Part shown: positions 8,456 to 17,362 of the stretch, in pieces
Position numbering within the stretch: the first letter of the stretch is position 1
Layout: every line of letters begins with the position of its first letter
Origin: Nitrosopumilaceae archaeon
GTDB lineage: Archaea; Thermoproteota; Nitrososphaeria; Nitrososphaerales; Nitrosopumilaceae
Assembly: GCA_035935115.1 (NCBI GenBank)
Contig: DASYXK010000020.1
Coordinates: 89,373-121,372 of the forward strand
Reading direction: 5' to 3'
Length of the DNA stretch: 32,000 nt
Notes under the pieces: generated by a model
Seen by the model: only the letters and a program-made list of their open reading frames with translations
The model's database searches: none
Told to the model about the DNA's origin: nothing
Program-made: the position numbers and the translations under genes

Positions 8456-9115
8456 TTAAGGTGAATCTTCTAGTCCGGTCTGTGTAATTATATAATCAGT
8501 TATTTTCTTGCCACCAAAGGATGGAAAAACTTGTGCCATGTATTTTTGCCCAATCTTTTCTAATTTGATTTTTTGGTGTGTGAACATACTTATTGATCTA
8601 TCCAAACTTTCTCTTTCTTCATCGTCTGATTTTCTAGTTATGTTGGTCACAACTACAGGAATTTGCCTTTTTACAGCAGCATGTGCCAACTTGTGCATAT
8701 ATTCCATAAATGCAACGTGTTTTGCCAATGAGTTTGATTCCTTTGAATATTCAAAAGAAAATAGATCAGTTACATTATCTATTACAACTAGATTTAAATT
8801 CTCAATTTCTAATATTTTGTCTACATAACTTAGTTGTTCTACAGTATTTGTTATTCTTCCAACAATCATTTTATCAAGAAGTTTTTGATCCATTTCTTTT
8901 GCATGAAGAAATTCAATCAATCTTTCTGGTCTAAAACTACCAGTAGTATCTTGATACAAAATCATTTCATCATGTGCTAGTGAGTTTACACAAAGCTGTA
9001 ACAGTAGCTGTGTTTTACCTGATCCACTTGGACCATAGATGTCAGTAATCATCCCACCTCTTATGCCACCCCCAAGGAGTTTGTCTAGCTTCTCAATTCC
9101 AGTTGTTATCATCAA
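8456..9115 (-). CDS. RecA-superfamily ATPase, RadA paralog (RadB/aRadC/KaiC-like)
   Basis: 219 aa. TGIEKLDKLLGGGIRGGMITDIYGPSGSGKTQ (Walker A), LVVIDNV (Walker B). It lacks the N-terminal HhH domain of RadA proper. Confidence 0.75.
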   Translation of the reverse strand: MMITTGIEKLDKLLGGGIRGGMITDIYGPSGSGKTQLLLQLCVNSLAHDEMILYQDTTGSFRPERLIEFLHAKEMDQKLLDKMIVGRITNTVEQLSYVDKILEIENLNLVVIDNVTDLFSFEYSKESNSLAKHVAFMEYMHKLAHAAVKRQIPVVVTNITRKSDDEERESLDRSISMFTHQKIKLEKIGQKYMAQVFPSFGGKKITDYIITQTGLEDSP

Positions 9116-9220
9116 ATCTCTAATCTACAGAACACCACAAATTAAAGAATGTCAAATGCTATTGAAGATCGGGAAGGCTTTTATTCCCGATCTCAGGCAG
9201 TGGTCACAAGTGATTTATGT

Positions 9221-9463
9221 TTGTCGCAAGCGCAGCCAAAAAGACCGTTGACAACTTTACAGAAAGGTATTAACAAGAAAGTTACTGTCAGGCTGAAAAG
9301 CGAAGTAGAATACACAGGAAAAATGAACAACGTTGATTCGTATATGAATTTGATTATGACTGATGCTGAAGAAATAAGCAATGGCAAAGTGATTGCAAAT
9401 TACGGTAGAGTTATTGTAAGAGGAAATAATGTTCTTTTCATCAGACTAGAAAATGAACTTTAA
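9221..9463 (+). CDS. Sm-like (LSm/SmAP) RNA-binding protein
   Basis: Sm1/Sm2 pattern: PLTTLQKGINKKVTVRLKSEVEYTGKMNNVDSYMNLIMTDAEE...GRVIVRGNNVLFI. The track ORF starts at ATG 9149 (104 aa). An in-frame TTG at 9221 gives the usual ~80-aa size and leaves room for a promoter, so the start is uncertain. Confidence 0.7.
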   Translation: MSQAQPKRPLTTLQKGINKKVTVRLKSEVEYTGKMNNVDSYMNLIMTDAEEISNGKVIANYGRVIVRGNNVLFIRLENEL

Positions 9464-9481
9464 ATAACCAGGTTTTTGAAA

Positions 9482-10639
9482 ATGGGGCGAAATTACCTCT
9501 TTACATCAGAATCAGTAACAGAAGGGCATCCAGACAAAGTATGTGATCAGATTTCTGATGCAATTTTAGACGAATTTCTAAAGCAGGATCCAGAATCAAG
9601 AGTGGCAGTTGAAACCTTGACTACAACTGGAATAGTAGTAGTTGCCGGTGAGGTAACCTCTAGAGCAAAATTCGACGTGCAGGATGTGGTAAGAAAAACA
9701 TTGCGTGAGATTGGTTATGATGATCCTCAGTTTGGTTTTGATGCAGATTCATGTAGTGTCCTAGTTTCATTACATTCACAAAGTCCAGATATATCTCAGG
9801 GTGTTTCATCAACTGAGAATAAGGAACAAGGTGCAGGAGATCAAGGATTGATGTTTGGATATGCAACAAATGAAACTGAGGAAATGATGCCAATGCCAAT
9901 TATTCTAGCTCAAAAACTTACTAAAAGACTTGCAGAAGTTAGAAAAAGTAAATTGCTTCCTTGGGTAAGACCAGATGGAAAATCGCAAGTAACAGTAGAA
10001 TACGAAGATGGAAAACCAAAAAGACTTGAGGCCATAGTAATAGCTACACAACACTCTCCAGAAATAAGTAATGAGCAAATAAAAAAAGAGATAATTGAAA
10101 AAGTAATCAAACCAGTTTGCGGAAAATACTGGCATGATAAAATCAAAGTTCATGTTAATCCAACGGGTAGATTTGTTATTGGGGGACCTCCTGGTGATGC
10201 AGGCCTTACTGGAAGAAAAATAATCGTAGATACCTATGGAGGAATGGGCAGACATGGTGGTGGTGCCTTTTCTGGAAAGGATCCATCAAAGGTAGACAGA
10301 TCAGCATGTTACATGTGCAGATACATTGCAAAGAACATTGTAGCTGCTGGATTAGCTGAAAGATGTGAAGTTCAAGTTGCATATGCAATTGGTGTTGCAG
10401 AACCTGTATCTCTAATGGTAAGTACATTTGATACTAGTAAGATCCCAGAAGAACAAATTGAAAATCTAGTCAGAAAACACTTTGACATGAGACCTGCTGC
10501 GATAATATCTCAATTACAACTAAAACGTCCAATTTACAGGAAAACTGCAGCCTATGGTCACTTTGGAAGAAATGAGCCAGAGTTTAGTTGGGAAAAAACT
10601 GACAAGGCCGAAGTACTAAGAAAGGCCGCTGGTCTTTAA
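9482..10639 (+). CDS. metK: S-adenosylmethionine synthetase, bacterial/eukaryal MetK type
   Basis: All three MetK hallmarks are present: [30 protein letters not shown] and [19 protein letters not shown] 9482 ([10 protein letters not shown]) is preferred over TTG 9476. Confidence 0.9.
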   Translation: MGRNYLFTSESVTEGHPDKVCDQISDAILDEFLKQDPESRVAVETLTTTGIVVVAGEVTSRAKFDVQDVVRKTLREIGYDDPQFGFDADSCSVLVSLHSQSPDISQGVSSTENKEQGAGDQGLMFGYATNETEEMMPMPIILAQKLTKRLAEVRKSKLLPWVRPDGKSQVTVEYEDGKPKRLEAIVIATQHSPEISNEQIKKEIIEKVIKPVCGKYWHDKIKVHVNPTGRFVIGGPPGDAGLTGRKIIVDTYGGMGRHGGGAFSGKDPSKVDRSACYMCRYIAKNIVAAGLAERCEVQVAYAIGVAEPVSLMVSTFDTSKIPEEQIENLVRKHFDMRPAAIISQLQLKRPIYRKTAAYGHFGRNEPEFSWEKTDKAEVLRKAAGL

Positions 10640-11503
10640 GACCGCTTTGTATGTTTTAAATTCAATTCCAGATATACTTTTCAATTTTTTGTGATTTCCA
10701 ACATAATCTCCTACTAAAATATTCAAATCATCTATACCAAAATCTGTTTTTGGATTATTTAATGCAGCACGATACGCGTCCTCTAAATCGATATTCTTTA
10801 TAGGAGTTTTTTTCCCTTGAAGAAAATCTCTAACATAATCATTGAATGTTACTGTCTTTGGGCCCACAAGATCAATAATTTTGTTTGAAAATTTTTTTTG
10901 TATGATTGATTGAAAAACAACTTCTGATACATCCCCTACAAAAATTGGTTGTAGTCTATAGCTGCCTGAGCCAGGAACCATTATTGTTCCTTTTTTCATT
11001 TGTTTAAAAAGAAAATTAGACAATGAATCATCTTTACCTATTATGTATGATGCACGAAAAATTGTGTAATCTAAACCTGAATTAATGATTTCTTGTTCTG
11101 CTTGGAATTTAGAAATAAAGTATCCAAAAGTAGTATCTTTACTTACACCTAGTCCGCTAATGTAAATTATTTTTTTAATTTTAGCTTTTTTGCACAGCTT
11201 TATTGCATTTTTTGTAAGACCCACATTTACTTTTTGGTAATCAGAATCAGTTGTCTGTTTTCCCCTACCAATAAAATGTAAAAGAGCAGAACATCCATGC
11301 AATTTTAAAGTAAGATAGTTTTCAGAAAGATCTTCTGATGTGATAACATCTCCAAAGTTTATAGAAGATCCTTTGCCTTTACGGACAATCCCAACTACAG
11401 AAATTCCCTTTTTTGCTAATGCCTTTCCAACATTTTTGCCTACAAAACCATTAGCACCAGTCATGACTACCTTTAGTGAATTTTTGTGTTCCATATCTTG
11501 CAA
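10616..11503 (-). CDS. NAD(P)-binding atypical SDR (NmrA/NDUFA9-like epimerase/dehydratase family)
   Basis: N-terminal [18 protein letters not shown] Rossmann motif, 295 aa. Its 3' end overlaps the metK 3' end by 24 nt (convergent). Confidence 0.75.
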   Translation of the reverse strand: MQDMEHKNSLKVVMTGANGFVGKNVGKALAKKGISVVGIVRKGKGSSINFGDVITSEDLSENYLTLKLHGCSALLHFIGRGKQTTDSDYQKVNVGLTKNAIKLCKKAKIKKIIYISGLGVSKDTTFGYFISKFQAEQEIINSGLDYTIFRASYIIGKDDSLSNFLFKQMKKGTIMVPGSGSYRLQPIFVGDVSEVVFQSIIQKKFSNKIIDLVGPKTVTFNDYVRDFLQGKKTPIKNIDLEDAYRAALNNPKTDFGIDDLNILVGDYVGNHKKLKSISGIEFKTYKAVLKTSGLS

Positions 11504-11551
11504 AATGTATCCGATAAATTAATTTTAAAGGTATGGTAAAGATAGCATTAA

Positions 11552-11992
11552 TTGAACACTACTGATTGTTATCAAATTTTAGGGGTTCAAAAAGATGCAT
11601 CCCAAAAGGAGGTAAAAAGTGCCTACAGAAGACTTTCACTAAAATATCATCCTGATAGAAATAAAGGTGAAAAAGACGGCGAAAAATTCAAGCAAATTAT
11701 AGAAGCTTATCAAACCCTCAAACTAGAAGAAAAAAAGAAAAGCAAAAGATCAGAAGTTGACATAGCCTATACCTATACTGAATTTTGGAAACAATACGAT
11801 AAAAAAGTAAACGAGGAGCAGTTTAACAGAGCAAATTTTGCAGGATTTCAGAATCCATTTGGTGTTAATGTACCAGAAAGCTATAGTCATAACCAAGAAA
11901 AAAAGCCTTCACAGATTTTTACACATGTCATTTTGTATGTAGGTCTTGGCCTAGTAGCAGTATGGATAATTCTCTCAGAGATTTTAAAGTAG
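11552..11992 (+). CDS. J-domain (DnaJ-like) protein with C-terminal transmembrane anchor
   Basis: [32 protein letters not shown] contains the HPD motif. The C-terminal [24 protein letters not shown] is a hydrophobic helix. There is no Gly/Phe or zinc-finger region. TTG start. Confidence 0.75.
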   Translation: MNTTDCYQILGVQKDASQKEVKSAYRRLSLKYHPDRNKGEKDGEKFKQIIEAYQTLKLEEKKKSKRSEVDIAYTYTEFWKQYDKKVNEEQFNRANFAGFQNPFGVNVPESYSHNQEKKPSQIFTHVILYVGLGLVAVWIILSEILK

Positions 11993-12030
11993 TTTGATAA
12001 AGATTAATACATAAAAAATTAATTTCCTTT

Positions 12031-13125
12031 ATGGAAAGTGAGGCAAAACTAAAGGGTAAACTTAGGACTGGTTTTACAACTGGAACTTGTGCTACTGCTG
12101 GTGCAAAAGCAGGAATCTTAGCAATCCTAAGTCAAAAAAAAATTGACATTGTTGATGTAACTTTGCCCAAAAAATCTAAGATTCAAATTAAAATTTCAAG
12201 TTGCCAATTTGATAAACATAGTGCAAGATGTTCAGTCATAAAAGATGGTGGAGATGATCCAGATGTTACACATGGTGCAGAAATAGTTACACAGGTTTCA
12301 CTTACTGATAAACCAAATCAAATAGAAATTGATGGTGGGGAAGGTGTAGGCCGAGTAACAAAACCCGGTCTTGGTCTTGAAATAAATTCGGCAGCAATAA
12401 ATCCAACTCCAAAAAAGATGATAACTGAAAACATTCAAGAGATAGGAAAAGAGATTCTTGAAAAAAATGGCATAAAGGTAATTGTCTCAGTTCCAAAAGG
12501 AAAGGAGCTGGCAACAAAAACAGATAATCCAAGACTTGGGATTATTGGAGGCATCTCAATTTTAGGTACAAGTGGAATCGTGATACCATATTCTACTGCT
12601 TCTTTTGCAGCTTCAATCAGACAGAGTCTTGATGTTACAATCGCAATGGGAAATGATACTGTTGTATTAACAACAGGTGGAAGAAGTGAAGATTTTTCAA
12701 GAGAGATCATAAAACTTCCTGATCATTGTTTTGTACAGATGGGAGATTTTTCAGGATATACAGTTCAACAGTGTGCAAAGCGACCAATCAAAAAAGCATA
12801 TGTTGCAGGTTTTATTGGAAAGCTAACAAAGATGGCAATGGGCGTAAAACAGACTCATGTCAAGGGTTCCAAAGTTGATATGCAGTTTCTGTCAGAACTT
12901 GCGCAAAAATGTAATGCAAAAAATAAAACCATAGAGGAGATAAAACAAGCAAACACTGCAAGACATGTCTACGAAATTGTCATAAATGAAAACATTACAG
13001 ACTTTTTTGATATAGTCTGCTCAGAAGTTTACAATCAACTAAGAAAACATTCCGAAGCCAAGTTCGAACTTGATGTCATAATGTTTGATTTTGATGGTAA
13101 AATAATAGGAAGACATCCTAGATAG
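12031..13125 (+). CDS. cbiD: Cobalt-precorrin-5B (C1)-methyltransferase CbiD
   Basis: LRTGFTTGTCATAGAKAG N-terminal signature, GGISILGTSGIV motif, 364 aa, located in a cbi cluster. Confidence 0.85.
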   Translation: MESEAKLKGKLRTGFTTGTCATAGAKAGILAILSQKKIDIVDVTLPKKSKIQIKISSCQFDKHSARCSVIKDGGDDPDVTHGAEIVTQVSLTDKPNQIEIDGGEGVGRVTKPGLGLEINSAAINPTPKKMITENIQEIGKEILEKNGIKVIVSVPKGKELATKTDNPRLGIIGGISILGTSGIVIPYSTASFAASIRQSLDVTIAMGNDTVVLTTGGRSEDFSREIIKLPDHCFVQMGDFSGYTVQQCAKRPIKKAYVAGFIGKLTKMAMGVKQTHVKGSKVDMQFLSELAQKCNAKNKTIEEIKQANTARHVYEIVINENITDFFDIVCSEVYNQLRKHSEAKFELDVIMFDFDGKIIGRHPR

Positions 13126-13160
13126 TAACAGATATCTTTAGTTCTAAAAAAATTCAATCC

Positions 13161-14225
13161 ATGGAAAAAGTCGCCATACTTGCAATTACAAAAAATGGAA
13201 TTTCAATTGCCTTATCACTGAAAAAACAATTTCCTTCTTGGAAAATTTTTGCCCCATCCAAGTTTTCAAATAATGACTCACAAATAGACTGGTTTGATGA
13301 CTCTACTACAGCAAAAGCAGGAGATCTCTTCAAAACTCATGAGGCTCTCATATGCATATTCTCACTTGGTGCAGTGATTAGACTAGTCTCACCTCATATG
13401 AAAGACAAAAAGACAGATCCTGCAGTAGTTGTCATTGATGACGCTGGCAAGTTTGCAATAAGTACACTCTCAGGACATTTAGGAGGAGCAAACCAGCTTA
13501 CAGAAGATATTGCTAAGGTTTTGGGTGCAACATCTGTTATCACTACTGCTGCAGATGTCAATAAAACAATTGCAGTTGATTTAGTTGGAAAAGAATTTGG
13601 CTGGAAGATAGATGATGATTCTACTGTAACCAGAGTAAGTGCATTTATGGTAAATGAAGAAAAAATCGGAGTATTTCAAGATGCGGGAGAAAAAGATTGG
13701 TGGACTCCAAAAAAAGAATTTCCAAAAAATGTAACCATTTACAATAGCTTTGAAGAATTAAAAAATTCTAATTCAAAAGGATATTTGATAATTTCTGACA
13801 AAGAAATCACAGACAAAGAATTGTTGAAGAATGCTGTAGTATACAGACCAAAGACTTTGGTTGTTGGCGTAGGTCTACATTGGGACACTAGTAAAGACAT
13901 AATCAAGGAAGGAGTAGAATTTTGTATGAAAAAATTTAATCTGAATCCAAAATCCATTGCGAGGTTTTCATCAATAAAAAAAGAATCAGATGTGATCGGA
14001 TTACAAGAACTTGCAAAAGAGTGGAACATTCCAGTAGATTATTTTGAAAAAGAGCAGCTTGCCCAAATTGCCATACCAAATCCATCAGAAACTGTGCAAG
14101 CCTTTGAGGGAACTCCAAGTGTTTCAGAAGCCTCAGCACTACGAAGCTCTGGCGGCAAACTAGTGGTTGAAAAGCAGAAATTTCCACCAAACTTAACTGT
14201 AGCAATAGCGAGAATCACAAAATGA
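13161..14225 (+). CDS. cbiG: Cobalt-precorrin-5A hydrolase CbiG
   Basis: 354 aa with CbiG-like N-terminal, middle and C-terminal parts (...VVVIDDAGKFAISTLSGHLGGAN...TTAADV...VGVGLH...ASALR). Lies between cbiD and cbiX, and its stop overlaps the cbiX start. Confidence 0.8.
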   Translation: MEKVAILAITKNGISIALSLKKQFPSWKIFAPSKFSNNDSQIDWFDDSTTAKAGDLFKTHEALICIFSLGAVIRLVSPHMKDKKTDPAVVVIDDAGKFAISTLSGHLGGANQLTEDIAKVLGATSVITTAADVNKTIAVDLVGKEFGWKIDDDSTVTRVSAFMVNEEKIGVFQDAGEKDWWTPKKEFPKNVTIYNSFEELKNSNSKGYLIISDKEITDKELLKNAVVYRPKTLVVGVGLHWDTSKDIIKEGVEFCMKKFNLNPKSIARFSSIKKESDVIGLQELAKEWNIPVDYFEKEQLAQIAIPNPSETVQAFEGTPSVSEASALRSSGGKLVVEKQKFPPNLTVAIARITK

Positions 14226-14968
14226 AAAGAGGATTATTACTAATAGACAGAGGCAGTAGAGAGGATGAGGTAAAGGACGAATTAGGATACATTTGCTCCA
14301 AAGCCAAAGAATCAGGAGGTTACCAATTCTCAGATTATTGCTTTTTGGAGGTGGTTCCCCCCTTTATTGAGGAAGGTATGGAAAAATGCTTCAAACAAGA
14401 CATAGATGCCTTAACAATTGTTCCATATTTTTTGTATCCAGGAAAAAAAGTCAAACTAGCAGTAAACAAGGCGATTGAAATGATATCAAAAAGTAAAATG
14501 AAGATCAAAATTGCAAAACCGATCACCTTACACAAATCCTTGCCAAATATTGTATATTCTAAAGTTGACGATATTATTGCAAAAAACAAAATCACATTTT
14601 CAAGAAAAGAGATCGACGTATTACTTATTGGTCATGGAAGTAAGGATCCTAATGCAAAAACCTCGTTGCAATATGTTGTTGACGGGTTACAAGACTTATA
14701 CAGGAATGTATCTCTTTGTTGGCTAGAAATAGAAGAGCCCAACATCAAACAAGGAATAGATGCTTGTGCTAAAAACAATCCAAATGTATTGATTATTGTT
14801 CCATATTTTTTGCATAGAGGTGCACATGTCAAACGAGATATCTATGAAGATCTAAATCCAGCAATGGAAAAATCTGGAATCAAAAATATTTTCATAACAG
14901 ATCATCTTGGTACCGATGTTAAATTGATAGATTTAGTTATAGAAAGAGCAAAGGAAGTTGAGAAATGA
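14222..14968 (+). CDS. cbiX: Sirohydrochlorin cobaltochelatase, two-domain CbiX-type
   Basis: Internal duplication of the CbiX(S) fold. First half: LLIDRGS...IVPYFLYPGKKV. Second half: LLIGHGS...IVPYFLHRGAHV. Confidence 0.8.
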   Translation: MKRGLLLIDRGSREDEVKDELGYICSKAKESGGYQFSDYCFLEVVPPFIEEGMEKCFKQDIDALTIVPYFLYPGKKVKLAVNKAIEMISKSKMKIKIAKPITLHKSLPNIVYSKVDDIIAKNKITFSRKEIDVLLIGHGSKDPNAKTSLQYVVDGLQDLYRNVSLCWLEIEEPNIKQGIDACAKNNPNVLIIVPYFLHRGAHVKRDIYEDLNPAMEKSGIKNIFITDHLGTDVKLIDLVIERAKEVEK

Positions 14969-15603
14969 TTACTCAGAAGGGCCAATCAATTGAGGACAAG
15001 AGCATGGAAATAATTGAAAATGAAATAGGTTCTCATCCATATTCAAAAGACGAATGGTCAATAGTTAGAAGAGTAATTCATTCTACTGCGGATTTTGATT
15101 TTGCAAGACAAAACATGATTGTTTTTCATAAAAATGCCATATCAAGCGGTATTAATGCCTTGAAAAATGGTTGCAATATCATAGTAGATGTAAACGGTGT
15201 CATAGGTGGACTAAACAAGGAAAACCTGAAGGAGTTTGGAAACAAGGCAATTTGTAACATATCTGAACCAAAAATTGTAGAAGAGGCAAAGAAACTCAAC
15301 AAGACACGTGCCCAGACTTCTATGCGAATGGCAGCCTCAGAAATGAATGGCGGAGTGGTTGTAATAGGCAATGCTCCTACAGCACTAGTAGAAGTGATTC
15401 AAATGATAAGAGAAAACATAACACGACCAGTTCTTGTGATTGGCATTCCGGTGGGCTTTGTATGTGCAGTAGAATCAAAAGATGAACTTCAGACAATTGA
15501 CGTACCATACATTACAAACAAAGGTCGCAAGGGAGGAAGTCCTTGTGCGTCTGCAATAGTTAATGCGTTGTTTAAGCTCGTAAAAGAAAAATCAAAAGGC
15601 TAA
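14965..15603 (+). CDS. cbiC: Cobalt-precorrin-8 methylmutase CbiC/CobH
   Basis: VIHSTADFDF, VVIGNAPTAL and GGSPCASAIVNAL motifs. 4-nt overlap with cbiX. Confidence 0.85.
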   Translation: MITQKGQSIEDKSMEIIENEIGSHPYSKDEWSIVRRVIHSTADFDFARQNMIVFHKNAISSGINALKNGCNIIVDVNGVIGGLNKENLKEFGNKAICNISEPKIVEEAKKLNKTRAQTSMRMAASEMNGGVVVIGNAPTALVEVIQMIRENITRPVLVIGIPVGFVCAVESKDELQTIDVPYITNKGRKGGSPCASAIVNALFKLVKEKSKG

Positions 15604-15705
15604 CGAGTTTATCGACAATCAATAAAAATGGTTAACCCCCGAATTCAAGCCAAAAACATGCTGTTGTCGTAAAGAATAAGGTCTAGTATCTTAAAGAGAA
15701 ACTAT

Positions 15706-15924
15706 ATGGTTTTCATGTCTTCATCAGGAAATACAAATCAAAAGGAATTAGACGATATTAAACAGGCTATCAACGACTTAACAAATATGATTGAAGGAAA
15801 ACACATGAGATTAGAAGCTATACTTTCTCAGATAATAGAACGTGAGATGATAACTCAAGATTCCTATGATAAAATTATGAATTTGCTAATAGAATTCGGT
15901 AAAAAGAAAGGTTGGACAAAATAA
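15706..15924 (+). CDS. Hypothetical small helical protein
   Basis: 72-aa ORF in an otherwise empty gap between cbiC and cbiA. Predicted helical and charged, with no recognisable motif. The coding call rests only on ORF length and the lack of competing genes. Confidence 0.35.
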   Translation: MVFMSSSGNTNQKELDDIKQAINDLTNMIEGKHMRLEAILSQIIEREMITQDSYDKIMNLLIEFGKKKGWTK

Positions 15925-15968
15925 CCAAATTTGTTCAAGAACATATGATCTGTGTCATAACTTTAGAA

Positions 15969-17324
15969 TTATTTTCTTGATTGTTTTATACAGTTTTGAA
16001 CAAAGTTTCTTGCAATGCCAGGTCGCGCAAAGTGCATGTGCATGTATGAAGCAAGAGTATTGTACTGCATCAATCCATCCTTTTGGTTTTTTATACCAAC
16101 ACCTATGGAAAGATCATAGGCAAACTTGGAATCCTTTGATATTGATTCTAGCTCAGAAAAGTGAAATTCGTGTCCTTGTATGGTACTTGAAGCCTTTGCA
16201 ATGAGACAATCTTTTATTATTCTAGCCTTGGTATAGTTTAGTTTCAGTTTTTTTTGCATCTTTGTAACTGCGTCAAAAAGTCCTACCATCTTGAATTTCT
16301 TTGAACCATAATCAATGGATTTGGTAAGATACATCAAACCACCACATTCTGCATAGATTGGCATTCCAGACTCAGCGAGGGTCTTGATATTTTTTTGCAT
16401 CCTAGAGTTTTTTTCAAGTGCACTACCTATCACTTCTGGAAAGCCACCGCCAATGTAGATTCCATCACATTCAGGCACCTCTGAATCAGATACAGGACTG
16501 AAAAACTCTATCTTTGCTCCTTCTTTTTTTATGGCATCCAAATTATCCTGATAGTAAAAATTGAAAGATTCGTCTAGCGCAACTGCAATTGTGGTTTTCT
16601 GTTTTGGATTTTTTTCTTTAGGAATCAAACCAAAAGATGAAACTTTATTTCCAATCTGAATAATTTTCTCAATATCTATAAAATCAGACATTGTTTTTGC
16701 TATCTTTGATATCTTTGATTGAAGTTGTCTTTGCTCAGAGATTGGAATTAATCCAAGGTGTCTTGACTCCATGACAAGTTCAGGATTGCGTGGGATCATA
16801 CCAACAATAGGAATGTTCAATGAAGAAAGTGCCTGTCTGCACAGATCTTCATGCTTTTTGCTGCCTATCTTATTTAGAATAAAACCAGAAATTCTAGAAT
16901 TTTTATGAAATTTCGTAAACCCAAGTGCAGTTGCGGCAATTGATCGTGCAGTCTTACTTGCATCCAACACAAGAATTACTGGAGTTTTTAAAATAGACGC
17001 CACATGATGCGTGCTAGAATAGTTTGAGTCACCTGAAAATCCATCATAATAACCCATCACGCCCTCAATTACAGAAAAGTCTGAATCAAAATTTTGTACA
17101 AATGATTTAACAATTCCAGTTGTTCCCATAAGCCAAGGATCCAAGTTTCGCGCAGATCTACCAGATACGGAACTAAGATAGCTAGGATCTATAAAGTCAG
17201 GTCCAACTTTGAATGATTGTACAGAATATCCCTTCTTTTTTATTCCATGAATTATTGCACAACTAATTGAGGTCTTGCCAACACCACTTGTAGTTCCAGC
17301 AAGCACAATCCTTGGTATTTTCAA
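15969..17324 (-). CDS. cbiA: Cobyrinate a,c-diamide synthase CbiA
   Basis: LAGTTSGVGKTSIS...FKVGPDFIDPSY N-terminal ATPase domain and a C-terminal glutamine amidotransferase part (YAECGGLMYL). 451 aa. Confidence 0.85.
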   Translation of the reverse strand: MKIPRIVLAGTTSGVGKTSISCAIIHGIKKKGYSVQSFKVGPDFIDPSYLSSVSGRSARNLDPWLMGTTGIVKSFVQNFDSDFSVIEGVMGYYDGFSGDSNYSSTHHVASILKTPVILVLDASKTARSIAATALGFTKFHKNSRISGFILNKIGSKKHEDLCRQALSSLNIPIVGMIPRNPELVMESRHLGLIPISEQRQLQSKISKIAKTMSDFIDIEKIIQIGNKVSSFGLIPKEKNPKQKTTIAVALDESFNFYYQDNLDAIKKEGAKIEFFSPVSDSEVPECDGIYIGGGFPEVIGSALEKNSRMQKNIKTLAESGMPIYAECGGLMYLTKSIDYGSKKFKMVGLFDAVTKMQKKLKLNYTKARIIKDCLIAKASSTIQGHEFHFSELESISKDSKFAYDLSIGVGIKNQKDGLMQYNTLASYMHMHFARPGIARNFVQNCIKQSRK

Positions 17325-17362
17325 TTCTCAACAATATTACGGAATTTTATTTAAATGGATGT

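Noticed and set aside
9149-9220. 24-codon N-terminal extension of the Sm-protein ORF
   Set aside because: It would leave only 33 nt to the divergent RadA-paralog start and add a non-Sm leader. TTG 9221 gives a typical ~80-aa SmAP. This is kept as an uncertainty, not a certainty.
11993-12030. Cobalamin riboswitch or other leader RNA upstream of cbiD, and in the gap 15604..15705
   Set aside because: The gaps are short (38 and 102 nt) and AT-rich, and they show no B12-box-like conserved core or extended pairing. Only a weak 6-bp inverted repeat (cgacaa/ttgtcg) is present.
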